DNA of 64,000 nt from Raja brachyura (Eukaryota): assembly GCA_963514005.1 (NCBI GenBank), contig OY740782.1, positions 123,070,001 to 123,134,000 on the forward strand. The letters run 5' to 3'. The stretch's first letter is position 1; each line of letters begins with the position of its first letter. The translations under genes and the position numbers were made by a program. Under the pieces are notes generated by a model. It made no database searches. It saw nothing but the letters and a program-made list of their open reading frames with translations, and was not told the DNA's origin. Below, piece by piece: positions 13,655-24,994 of the stretch.

Positions 13655-13875
13655 CTCAACGGACCCCCAAACACAAGCTTTTAAGGGTGTTGAGCTGTTC
13701 CCGATCGCGAGTGCAGAAATCGGCGCCACCATGCGGTTTTCGCATCGGGTTTCATCACTTCGCTAGTCGGAGCAGATCGATCATTCGCAGGCTTGGAAAA
13801 GGGTCCCAGCGACATCGTAGAACAGAGTCTAGTAAGCACTGGGGGCAAAAGTGCCTTTGTGGTTAGAGGCCCTAC

Positions 13876-14220
13876 TAGGGTTGTGTTAAACTCCCTCTTC
13901 TTTAGGTTAAAGGCCCATAAAACTAGGGGTTGGGTTAAAGGCCCTCTCCTCTGGGTTAAAGGCCCGTAAAACTATTGGTCAAAGTTAGTAGCTGCAGCTG
14001 CTGCTGAGACCAATCTAGGGTTGGGTTAAAGGCCCTCTCCTCTGGGTTAAAGGCCCGTAAAACTATTGGTCGAAGTTAGTAGCTGCAGCTGCTGCTGAGA
14101 CCAATCTAGGGTTGGGTTAAAGGCCCTCTCCTCTGGGTTAAAGGCCCGTAAAATTTAGAGTTGGGTTCAAGTCCCTCTCCTTTGGGTTAAAGGCCCGTAA
14201 AACTATAGTGGTTAGAGGCC
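13876..14220 (+). repeat. Tandem repeat in the ERV leader (49/91/91/49-bp periods)
   Basis: ttgggttaaa-like anchors at 13881, 13930, 14021, 14112, 14161; core GGGTTAAAGGCCC. Confidence 0.9.
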
Positions 14221-15479
14221 CAGCCCAGAATTGGATATCAGATTGACGGGATATTTAAAGACAAAATTGTGTTTAAGCAGTGCTAAGCGGCAAAGTACTG
14301 TGTCGTTGCTGGGGGTGCAGATTAGAAGCACGCTCTAAAAATCGGCATCGACTGCCAGCGTGAAGAGACTGCACGCTGATACCTGATACTTAGCAGGTAG
14401 GAAGAGAAACCCCTTTCAAGGGTGTACCTAGGCAGGTCCAAGCCCACGCCTGTGTGATATATCTGGATGCCTGGAAAATGGAGGAAGGAGTCTCAAAAGG
14501 TATCGGACACTCAGTGATTAGAGTATAAATTGGTCGAAAATACTTTAATCAATCTGAAAATTTCATATCCCTAAAGACTTCCGTACAAATTTTAAATTCG
14601 AACTTGCGAAAAAAATGTTCAATTGGATAAAGAATAACAAACTGAAAATTCTCCGATTCAAATTTACTAATATTCAGAATCTCATATTGAGGTGCTGGTT
14701 CATTCCGAGCGCATGTATCTCTCTTTCCAAGTTAAGCTGCGTGTAAATACTTTCGTAAGACGTTAATAGTTAACATTTGTGAAGCTACCTTTCCAAAGTG
14801 TATTTAAAACTATGGATAGTTGCATTGTATTTCAATTTAAAGTGTATATATATTTCCTTCCAGATTAATCTGTGTATAATAAAACTTCAAAGTAGTAATT
14901 TTAAGTGTATTTAAGACTGCCGTTGTGGCATTCTGTTCATTGTGTATTGTCTTTGGTTTAAATTTTGAATGTTAGATACACTGTTGTGATATCGGTTTGA
15001 ATCGGCTGTACAGATAAATAGTTGATTAAGACTGCTATTGTAATTGGAGTCCGAATCGTGGCTGATCAACCAGGAGTTCGTACCCCCTCTGATCGATTGT
15101 TGATTAGCACCTGATAGCGAAGAGTAATCGAGAAAGGGAAAGTAATTTTTAGTAAAGAGTAACCTGATGAGAAAGGTACCCCTAAGTCTAAGCATTTAGT
15201 GTGAGGAAAAAGTACCTGAAGGTAAAGAGTAGCTGATTAAGAAAAAGTACCCCTCAGCAAAGAGTACCCTAGGAAGGGGAAAGTTTTCTGTATCAGAGGG
15301 AGAGGTTCACTGGTTGATAGCAGCGTGACGAGAGATTGAAATATTGTGATTTGCTTTTGGAACTGTACAGTTAACGAATGTGATATCAGACAATATTGTG
15401 ATTTATAAAGGAATGTGGTTGTGCATGATTGATTGATTAGTAGGACTGGATGTTACATTCCCAAGATTTCACTACAATT

Positions 15480-16735
15480 GACATTCTTGGGTATGACCAC
15501 TAGGTGAATTTGCTACCAATCAGACACATCTTCAGTTGTGTACCCCAACGTCACTGGGTGTTTCGGCCTTTTATCACAAGATACCCTCAGTCGAGGCAGG
15601 CCCACCGCAGGTTGATCAGACCTGGGTGTGTGTCTTATTGTTAGCCTCTAGATGGTCACGTGCCAACCCAGACGGCATCTTTCCTCTTCAGTCACAGCCA
15701 GTGACGGTTCCGTTCGGCGGCACTGGCAAGTTATTTTATTGCTCTCCTTTGTGCCTGCCCTTTGACTCCCTACTGCCCTACTTCCCTCAGGAGCCTTGTG
15801 GTGGAATTTGCTACAAAGCCCCTGCAGCCCACCTCCACTGGACACACCCTTACACTCCAACCTCTCTCCTCTGCCTCTGCTGCAAGCTTTGAATATCAAA
15901 GTTTTTTCCTTTGATAAGCCTCGTCCACAGCCTCCTCCCATGGGACCGTCAGCTCAATGATGAAAACACGCCGACAAGAGTTGGACCAGAGAACGAGGTC
16001 TTGTCGCAGGTTGGTAACTGCGATTTCAACTGGGAACGAAAGCCTCTGGCCTAGGTCAACACGCATTTCCCAGTCCCTGGCTGCGTTCAGTGGGCATGAG
16101 TTGAGAGGCGAGGGGTTAGTCCTCCGTTTCTCTCCTTCGCGGATGAAGGATGGTTTTTGCGGGAATGTTATCTAGGCATTAGTAGCCATGACGTTGGTGG
16201 TAACTCTCTTGCACTCAAGTTCAGCTGCCAAACACCTCAGCACCTGGTTGTGTCGCCAGGTGTATCTGCCTTGTGTTAGGCTGGCCTTACAACCGACCAG
16301 GATGTGCTTGAGGTTTGTTGGAACTGCACACCTCAGGCTGGATCCTCTCCCAGCCAAAGATTTAGGTTTATGGGAGAGGGTAGGACGTCATATGTGGCTC
16401 CAATAATGAAGCTCAACTTATTTGACTCCATGGTCCACAGCTCTCTCCATGTGATCTTCCTCCTCTCAACGCCATCCCACGTCATCCAGCGGCCGTGTTT
16501 GGCTTGGGATATGGCTTTGACATACCTGGCTGCTTCTTCCTGGTGTCGCTGCTCCTCCACCACCAGGTGCCGACGTTCAGCTGGAGTAGCCTTTTGCCAG
16601 ATAGGTTTAATTGCTTCCAGGCTAAAGCCCCCTTGGCCTTGTTGGACATGGCCCACTATGTCCCGGTGTTGGAGGGCGGATTTTGCGTCCAGTACCACTG
16701 CTGCTGGAGTTCATTTCTTCCATAATAATAGATGG
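15480..16735 (-). mobile_element. Hero-like (R2-group) non-LTR retrotransposon 3' fragment with CCHC and restriction-like endonuclease
   Basis: HRDIVGHVQQG, ATYDVLPSP, C..C..LKHILVGC, YTWRHNQVL, LRQDLVLWS...IIELTVPWEE...CPVEVGCRGF; inserted in the ERV leader. Confidence 0.85.
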
Positions 16736-17142
16736 TGTTGTTTCTCGTCTGTGTATGGTTTTGCTTGCGTGCTTGGAGCTCATTTGCATGTGTTTAGATT
16801 GCGGTTGCTCTGGGTATAGGAAACAGGCTGCGGGAACGTGTTTGGTTGCGATTGACTGTGTTTGATTGTTCCCTGGAGCACCTTGATCTTTAGATGACTG
16901 AGGATTGTGGAAATAGTAAGGTTGAAAGTGTGTGAACTTGTGAGAGACAGGAGAAGAATTTGAATAGCGGATTGGAAAGATTGATGGTGCAATTGTGTGA
17001 AAGAGTTGCGAGACTACTAGTGCTTCGGCACTGTTAGCCACTGTTCAGGAGCGAGCTTGAAAACCTTGGAGATTGAAAGGGAGGAGTGAATTATTGAAGA
17101 GGTGTGAAGGGCTTAGGAATTTTGTTTCTGTTGTCCGAAGAC

Positions 17143-18282
17143 ATGGGAAATGGCCTAGACCGAGATATGACAGAAGATGCTAGGAGCCCATTGCAAATAA
17201 TAAGCAATGAGTTCCCACACAAAGCAGAGAAATTAAAGAGACTTTTCGGGAGCGCTAAATAAGAAATTAGGAGACAAGCTATGGCCGTCGGGGGGCATTC
17301 GAACAGTAAAAGGAATAAAGTACATAAAACAAATCATTTGGCAGTATTGTAATAGTGAGAGTGCAAAGGAGTTAATAGGATTATGGAAGAAATATTATGA
17401 GGAACGAAAGGCAGATAAAGAGGTTAGCAGAATGGCGAGTTGTGAAAAGACAATTTCAAAACTTGGAATAGAACTGAAAGAAAGTGAAGTAGATCGGCAG
17501 TAGGCAGTAGGAAGGAGAGGGGAGAGATGTAGGAAAGCACAAGGAACGGGGTAGAGGGAAATATCCTGAAAGAAAACTAGTCCCTGTGAATTTAAAGTTT
17601 AGAGATCCGATGGTTGGTGTTGACTTCGAGGGGGAAGAAGACGAATATTTGGAAGATTGGACAAATGTTAAAATTAATAGAAATTTGCAGCTCCCACTAT
17701 GTTCGTCTTGCGTTTCCCAGGCTTCACTTACACCTTGTATGACTTGTGTCCATAATAAATATCCAAAGCCTGCAGAACCTATAACACCCCCTGCAGACGC
17801 CACGTTAGAGCACGGTCTACAAATAGCAGCCACTAGGGCTCCAGATTCTTTGACTCCATCCACTCCACATAGATCGTCCAGTAGCTCATGGTACCAAAAG
17901 TAAAACAAAGAGGTTAGCCCCGGTATTTAAAGAGAAGGAGGGTATGATAAATATAGTGCAACCACCAGAATATTTTTGCGAGCCTCAACCTAGACAAATT
18001 AGACGAGTAGCGAGAAAAAGAAACAAATCATTTAGAAGGTACCATAAACCCCCTAGTGAGGAGGAAGGTTCATCTGAGGGTGAGACAGTAATTGAAGATA
18101 CCGAGGTAGATTTTGATGTGACAGAAAGTATACAAACTGAACAGATATCCCACAGACAATTCCCAGTCAGGAAAGTGCTGAATCCTGCCTTTGATTCGAC
18201 CAGTGCAGTAAGTGTAAATAATCCCCGCACCATAGATGCCCACACTCCCTGGAAACCCCATGAAATAATAGCAGTGTTAAAT
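17143..18282 (+). pseudogene. gag: ERV gag 5' part (MA to start of CA), frameshifted
   Basis: MGNGLDR myristoylation-type start, LWPSGG matrix-like motif, HTPWKPHEIIAVL capsid-start-like motif. Confidence 0.7.
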
Positions 18283-19070
18283 GAAATTTCATGCCTGTAG
18301 TCATACATATATAAAAAATTGTTTTAAAAAATAACAAAAACCACACAATAAACACAAATTTAACATCCACCACAGTGAGTTCACCAAACACCACCTCACT
18401 GTGGTGGATGGCAAAAATCTTAGAGTCTCTGTCTTCTTCCCTCCTTATTCTTCCTCTGCGCTGAGGAGATCCAGGCCTCCGATGCTGCCGTCCACCAGGC
18501 CCGCGGCCGAGCCTCCGAAACCGGGCCACCGCTACCGCCGTCGCCGGAACACCGGAACGCTGCCACAGGGCCCACCGCCGGAACGCTGGAGCACCGCAGC
18601 TCCAAAGCCAGGTCGTCACTGGAACGTCACTGGAGCACCGCAGCCCCGCATCCAGGTCGCCGCTGGAGCACCGCAGCCTCAAAAGCCAGGGAACGCCGGA
18701 ACGTCGCTGGAGCACCGCAGCCCCGCAGCCCTGCAGCCAGGTCGTCGCTGGAGCACAGCAGCCCCGAAAGCCAGGTCGCCGCTGAAGCTCCGAAGCCGTG
18801 CCGCCACCGCTGGAAGCTGGAAGGCCGCCAGCTCCGCCATGAAGGCCTCAGCACAGACGGAGACGGTGACGGGGGCATAACAAGAAAAGTCGCATCCCCC
18901 CGAAGGGAGAGACTAAAATCCCGTTTCTCCCACCCTCGCCCCACCCAACACATACACAACCTAATAAACCAAAAATAATCGCTAAAAACAGGCACGAAGA
19001 CAAAAATAAAATAAAAAACAGATGGACTGCAGGTGAGCCGCAGCTGCCAAGCAGCGCCGCCACTTCCGGA
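18283..19070 (-). mobile_element. GC-rich non-autonomous retroelement with internal tandem repeats, related to 35900-36712
   Basis: Same layout as 35900-36712 (GC head, T-run, G-run, GC body, ccaccaca...tgtggtggatg hairpin, T-rich tail); five CTGGAGCAC(C/A)GCAGC cores. Confidence 0.7.
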
Positions 19071-20495
19071 CTCCTTACTTCCTCACTCCTACACCTCCTG
19101 CCCAATAGATTCCTTTCTTCTTTCCCTAGTGACAATCTGAGTTTGAGTTATTTTTATTTTAATTTTGACACCAGCTACTTTGTCTCTTTTCTTAGTTTCA
19201 TTATCGGTCCTTGATTTCTCCTACACTCTGCTATATTTTGCCTCCCGGATGGGCATTCCTTACTCCAATAACCTAATTGTTTACAGATACACCAAGCTTT
19301 CAGATTTACAGTGTGTTTTACTTTATGTTTTTTTCTTGGGCAGTTATAGAATTGATTAGAGTTTTTCCTTATATGATCTTCAGTTTTCACTATAATAGTA
19401 CATCTAATTCCTTCATTCTGGTAAATTGCTTGAGTGGGTTCTAGGGTAGGGGTCATATTACTATGTCCACAATTCCTGGATGGGTTGGTGAGTCAGGACT
19501 GAGAGAATGGGTTGGTTTGAGTAAACTGTTTGTGTCTCCTTGGTTCCTGACATTCTGACCAGCTCTCTCTCTGTTCTCTTGGATCCTAGTAGTATCTTGA
19601 ATTTAAGGACCTCCTATAATTCTTGGGATCTTGGATGTTTCTATATTCTCTAGGATCCTGAATATCCCCATGATCCTGGAAATTCATTCCTTGACCCCTC
19701 CCTCTCACTCGCTCCCTTGCCGGACAAGGCTCGGCTCCAATGTCCCATTCCCCACAAGTATAACATTGATTAGGTAATGTTGTCGGATTTCTTTTACCAC
19801 TTGGTTCCAGTAGAATTGGTTCTAAAATGGGAGTATAATTGTAATAATGATCTGGGTATTCTGGGACTCTAATTTTCCCATTCCATTTTTTGCTAACATT
19901 TGAGGACTCCATGGTCCTGAGCCAGAGTTTGGTCCCTCCTTCTTAACCATACATTCAGTTCTTATTCCAGTTACAGGATAATCTGTTCTCTACCATCCTT
20001 CCAATGGTGCCTCACTGCTCTGGCCATTTGACTGGCGCGGTTCTCAGACCAGTCCCTTTTGTTAGTCTTAATTGAGTCAGCTACCGTAGTGGGGAGCCAA
20101 TTCAATAAGATGGCACAAAATTGTGGGGAACTTCCTCCATTTTGATACCAGTTTAAATCACCTGATTGGTCCATGTATAATTTTGAGAATCGTTCTAAAA
20201 ATTCATCTGTTCCCTCTCCCTTTTTTGGTTTTATCTCCAGAATTCTTGTTAAATCAATTGGCTTCTGAAGGATGTCTGCAAGGGCCGTTAAAACAGCCTC
20301 TTCTCTTGCACTATCATCCACTATTATGTTTGCCAATGCTTCATGTGTCGTGTGTCCCAGGGCTGCTAAAAATTTGGTGTTTTCAGCTGGAGTAATTATT
20401 TGTTGTATCGTCGCCCATAGGTCTCGGGAGTCTGCATGATGTACACGCATTGTGGTTCTTAAATAATCTACAAAGGCAGCCGGTGACTTCTTTCT
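19071..20495 (-). pseudogene. gag: ERV gag CA-NC segment, inverted relative to the provirus
   Basis: ORF 19971..20450 has MHR-like IKPKKGEGTDEFLERF; zinc-knuckle remnants CYTCGEW and CICKQLGYWSKECP. Confidence 0.8.
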
Positions 20496-20499
20496 ATCA

Positions 20500-22260
20500 A
20501 TAAAGGTAATTCAATTCAATAGAAGCAATTGTAATAACCTTTTGTTGAGTTGTTGTGCCTACAGGACAGTGTCGCCTATAACACACCATTATCTGGGGAG
20601 TGAGGTAAACGAGCATGTGGACCCTCAAGAACGGGCAGAAGACACAGCTCAGGTAGGATGTGTAACCATCATTTCGTTCCAAGTAGCTCCCCAGAGACAA
20701 AGACAAACAGAGAGAAAGAAGTGAAACTGTCCTGTCTCTTTGGCGTTTACAATCTGGGAAAGGCCAACGGACACAGAAGGCTGCTCCCCATAGTGGTATT
20801 CTTACTCCTGCAAATTTAACATCAAAAGGGAAAAGAAGATACACATACCCTAGTGCCCACCCGTACCAACATAACATAATATTTGACACCAGTGAAAAAG
20901 GAAGAACGACGCCTCAGGAACTTGAAGAGGTACAGACAGCCTCTAGATACCATTGAGGCAAGCTCCAACTTTAACTAAATATGGAAACCCGGGAATGAAC
21001 ACTCCTCTGTGGTTCGAGGACACCTACTGTACGCCTAAATTTTGATTACCAATTGTGAGACATGATTAAGGACTTAAAAAATTAGTATTTGAAAATAGCT
21101 TATGGGATATAGTTAAAAAAATAATTGGAAATGTGATTATTGTCTTGGAATCTTTTCTTGTCTCACCCATAGGGGAACAATCAGAGATGGGACAGGACTG
21201 TTTAGTGACTATCAAGAAAAGGACAGACCCTAGTAGATATCAGAAATTACGGTGTGGATTTAATAATGAAAGAAATGCCCTGGGAACGTAAGGTGGTGGT
21301 GTAGAATGATGAGATAGACTGAAAGTTTAAATAACGAGTTCCCCTCGGAGATGTCATTACTAACCATCCAGAAAGTTACTCAGTGGTAGGAGGAAACTAG
21401 TTACAAGGAAGAATCCTTATTATCTGTGAGTCTGTTCAACAGACTAGAAAAAGAGTTACATTGGGTTAGAGGAAGTACCAGGGGAATAGGTACTTGTTGA
21501 GAGTGTCAATGTATTTGACCGTTGGATCGAAATTTATCCAACCCTTGATAATAAAGCGGCAACTATTATCAAGGTGTAAAGAGAATTGTCCCTAGATTCG
21601 GCATTCTTATTTGGCTTGATTTAAAATAATGGAATAAATATTGAAATAAATTGATGAAATTGGAAATTCCACAGCAATTAAATTGAATTGTGCATATCGA
21701 CCACAAGCTGTGGATTGAAAAGGGGTAAGACAGACCCTGTAACTCAAAATAGTAAATTGAAGGCTGAGACTGTATTTGGCTGAATTGTAGCATTTCCCCC
21801 ATGGATATTTTAAGTAAGTTACACCTGTAGGGAAATCTAGATTAAGCCCAGCTGAAATTGTTTATGGGAGACCCTTGAAAACACCCTGGAACCAGAAAGC
21901 AATGAAAATGATTATTTTCATTTATTTAAGACCTGCCAGCTTTGTTTGAGTTCCAGGGCAAATTCCACCATATGACTGTGGAGATGATCGACCACATTCT
22001 AGATTTGACCAGAGCCTTAAGGGATTCACATTGTAGAGTAAGAGCAGCCGATAGTGAGATGCCTTAGTTAGCAAGTCCCATTAAAGTGAAACGTGGAGAC
22101 TACCTCTTAATAAAGAATTGGGTGAGGAAAGGATTGGAGGTTCGTTTGGAGGGACCTTACCAGGTTCTTCTAATGACTCCAACAACAGTGAAAGTCAATG
22201 GAAGAAATGCATGGGTACATCTCCATCACTGTAAAAGCATCAGTGAAAGTGTGGATTGTT
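20500..22260 (+). pseudogene. pol: ERV pol remnant (mainly integrase)
   Basis: IVPRFGI, LSPAEIVYGRPL and the C-terminal GDYLLIKNW...EGPYQVLLMTPTTVKV...WVHLHHCK; no RT YxDD recognised. Confidence 0.8.
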
Positions 22261-22648
22261 AACTTACTTTATCCCAGGTTCTCTTAGGAACTCTATACTC
22301 TATTATTGGTCAAGCACAGATGAACTATCAAGATTGATGGATGGGATTCGCGCCCATGAAAACTCGGGAGGTGAAGACTCATCAGATGCAAAATTATGAA
22401 GCTATGCCCATGAAAACTCGGGAAGCTTGATGAGATTCTGGTTCTGTATTCGTGCCTACTATATTCCGTTGTGCTGATGCAAAGCAAGAATTTCATTGTT
22501 CTATCTGGGACATATGACAATAAACTCTCTTGACATGACTTGACTTGAAGATACATCAGCATCTTGTTGTTAATATGTTTGATAGAATGTAACAGTCACC
22601 AGTGTACAATTCGTTATCATAAATGATGGTTATCATATGATAAAAGGG

Positions 22649-23298
22649 AGTCTAGGTCTCAGATCAAAGTTGCAGATGGGAAATGTATGAGTATCTCTTC
22701 AATTGACAGAATGAATGAGATTTTTGCAGAGGACCTGCAAAGGAGTATAAATGCATGAAGATGATTGGATTACTGCAAACGAATTGTAAATAATGTAAAT
22801 AGTGTTGCAAGACAGTTACCCTGCTATTTGTTGATTGGTCAAAAGTGTTAAGACCTGCCAGCTTTGTTTGAGTTCCAGGGCAAATATTGCATTATTCAGT
22901 TAAGTTAGTTTTCTTCCAGAAGCTTCGCCTAGATACAATGCATGGGAGACTCAGTAATTAGTTTTGGGAACTGTCAATAATGTATTGATGTAATTAATAT
23001 GTTTGATTGGATTGTAAAGAGACCACCCCTATGTAGTTCGGCCCCTCAAGGTTCGTGGACCTATAAAAGATGGCTCCATCTTAGATCGAGTTGATCTTCT
23101 GGAGGAACGCCAGGGACTGCATGATCTTTTGGAGTGTTTCTGCTTGCACGAGGCTGAAGGGCTTGGCTAGGCAGAGACAAGGATCGACAAGGGGAATTTG
23201 CTGTTCAATCTAAAAATAAAGTTTAGTTGTTCTGGTGCTTGACTGTGGTTTTTGACTGAACTAGACTGGGGGTAAGCTTTGAAAGAGCGTTATTTACA
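22649..23298 (+). repeat. ERV 3' LTR (5' ~130 bp missing)
   Basis: Follows PPT ataaaagggag; homologous to 13215-13635; ends tatttaca before the GTTG TSD. Confidence 0.9.
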
Positions 23299-23302
23299 GT
23301 TG

Positions 23303-24990
23303 GAGGGAGTAAAAGGAAACACGTAACAAATTCAGGGCAGGAAGAGTATAGAAAGTATCAGGAGCACTTTTTTAAAAATAAAGAGGAGGCACATAGTTTC
23401 TCAGCATTTTAAATACAAAAGATTATCCAAGAGTGACAGCAAATTAAGAGTCAATCATCTGTGCATTGAAGAGGTGTTAAAATGAATACTTTTCATCTCT
23501 GTTCACTAAGGAGAAGGACATTGTGGTTGGAGAATTCAGGGAAGGAATTTAGTGGATTTTTGGAAACATTAGAAAGAGTAGCATTATATGTCCGAGCTGG
23601 TTTAAAGGTGGAGAAATCTGAAATGCCTGATGACTTGCCTCCCAGGCTGCTATGAAGACAAGTGGTTAATTGTTGGGGTGCCAGAAGACTGTAGGGCAGC
23701 AATATATTTTTTCTTTATTCAAGGGCAACTTAATTATTAACATGTGAGTCTAACATCAGTGGAGAAAAGTTATTGGGAAAAAATTAAGGGACAGAATTAA
23801 CCTACTCTTGGCAAAGCAGGGATTAATCAAAGCCAATCAACACATTTTTATTAAACAATTTGATTCACGTTTTTGAAGAGGTAACACATTATGTTGATGA
23901 GGGCAGTGCAGTTAATTATGTCCACATGAGTCTCAATGAGGCCTTTCACAAGATCCCATTTGGGAGTCTGGTGCAAATGGGATCTAGGGCAAGTTGGCAA
24001 GAAATTTAAGTTTTGCTTGGTATAAGGAAGTAATGGATTTATTTGTGAATGGTACCCTGTGGCCCCTGGTGTACCACAGGGATTGGGAACCCTTAATGGT
24101 TATTCAATACATTAAATATTTGGGAATTAATGTACGGAGTATGGTTATTAAGTTCCAGGATAACACAAAAATCAGTTGCGTTATTGATAGTGGGGAGGGT
24201 TGTTTTAGGCTACAGAATATTATCAATGAGTTATTTAGATGGCAAAAGCAATGGCAGGGAATTTAATCCTGATAAGTGTGAGGTGATGCGTTTGGGAGAG
24301 CTAATAAGGTTAGGATATACCTGCGAATAATAGTGCATCGGGAAGAATTGAGGAACAGAAGGACCTTGATATGCAAGTGCAAACAATGCCTGAAAATCAC
24401 AGAGCAAGAAAATAAGTTGGTTAAGAAGGCATGTAAGATACTTGTCTTCATTATCCTAGGCATGGACTATAACAGCAGGGCGGTAATTTTGAAAACTTTA
24501 TAAAACATTTGGAATGCTATGTGCAGTGATAGTTCCTATACCATAGGAAGGATGTAATTACACCAGCGAGAATGCAGAAGATGTTCACCAGCATGTTGCC
24601 TGGGTTAGAGTTTTATTGTGAGGAGAGGCAGAAGAGAGTTGGGTTGTTTGCCTTGGACTCCCAGATGCTGAGCGTTGCCTGACGGAGGTCACAAATTTAG
24701 GAGGAGCATACATTGGGTAGATAATAACAAACTTTCTCCCAAAACAGAGGCATATCTGACAAGAGAGCACGTGTTTAAGTTAAAGGATAAAAGGTTCTGA
24801 AGGGATCTGAAGAAGATTTTTCTCACTCAAATGGTGATTGAAAATTTGGAACAAATTGATTGTGCAAATGGTGGAGCAAAAGTCCCTACAACTATTAAAA
24901 AGTATCTTGATGAGCCCTTGATTGCTAAGGATCAGGAGGCTACCAGCAAAGTGCTGGAAGATGGAATTAGTAGCTGGCACTTGATAGGCC
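23303..24990 (+). mobile_element. Old CR1 LINE (continuation of ~12800-13085) interrupted by the ERV
   Basis: Degenerate RT pieces (KFQDNTKI, FNPDKCEV) and 3' region. Confidence 0.7.
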
Positions 24991-24994
24991 ACAA

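Larger units (their letters stand above)
13086..23298 (+). mobile_element. Decayed endogenous retrovirus (gamma/epsilon-like), antisense within an ODAD2 intron
   Basis: Paired LTRs, perfect 4-bp TSD GTTG (13082-13085 and 23299-23302), PBS, gag and integrase remnants, PPT; flanked on both sides by halves of an old CR1. Confidence 0.92.

Noticed and set aside
18585-18765. CRISPR-like look of CTGGAGCACCGCAGC repeats with variable spacers
   Set aside because: The spacers are related to one another, the DNA is vertebrate, and there are no cas genes; this is an internal minisatellite.
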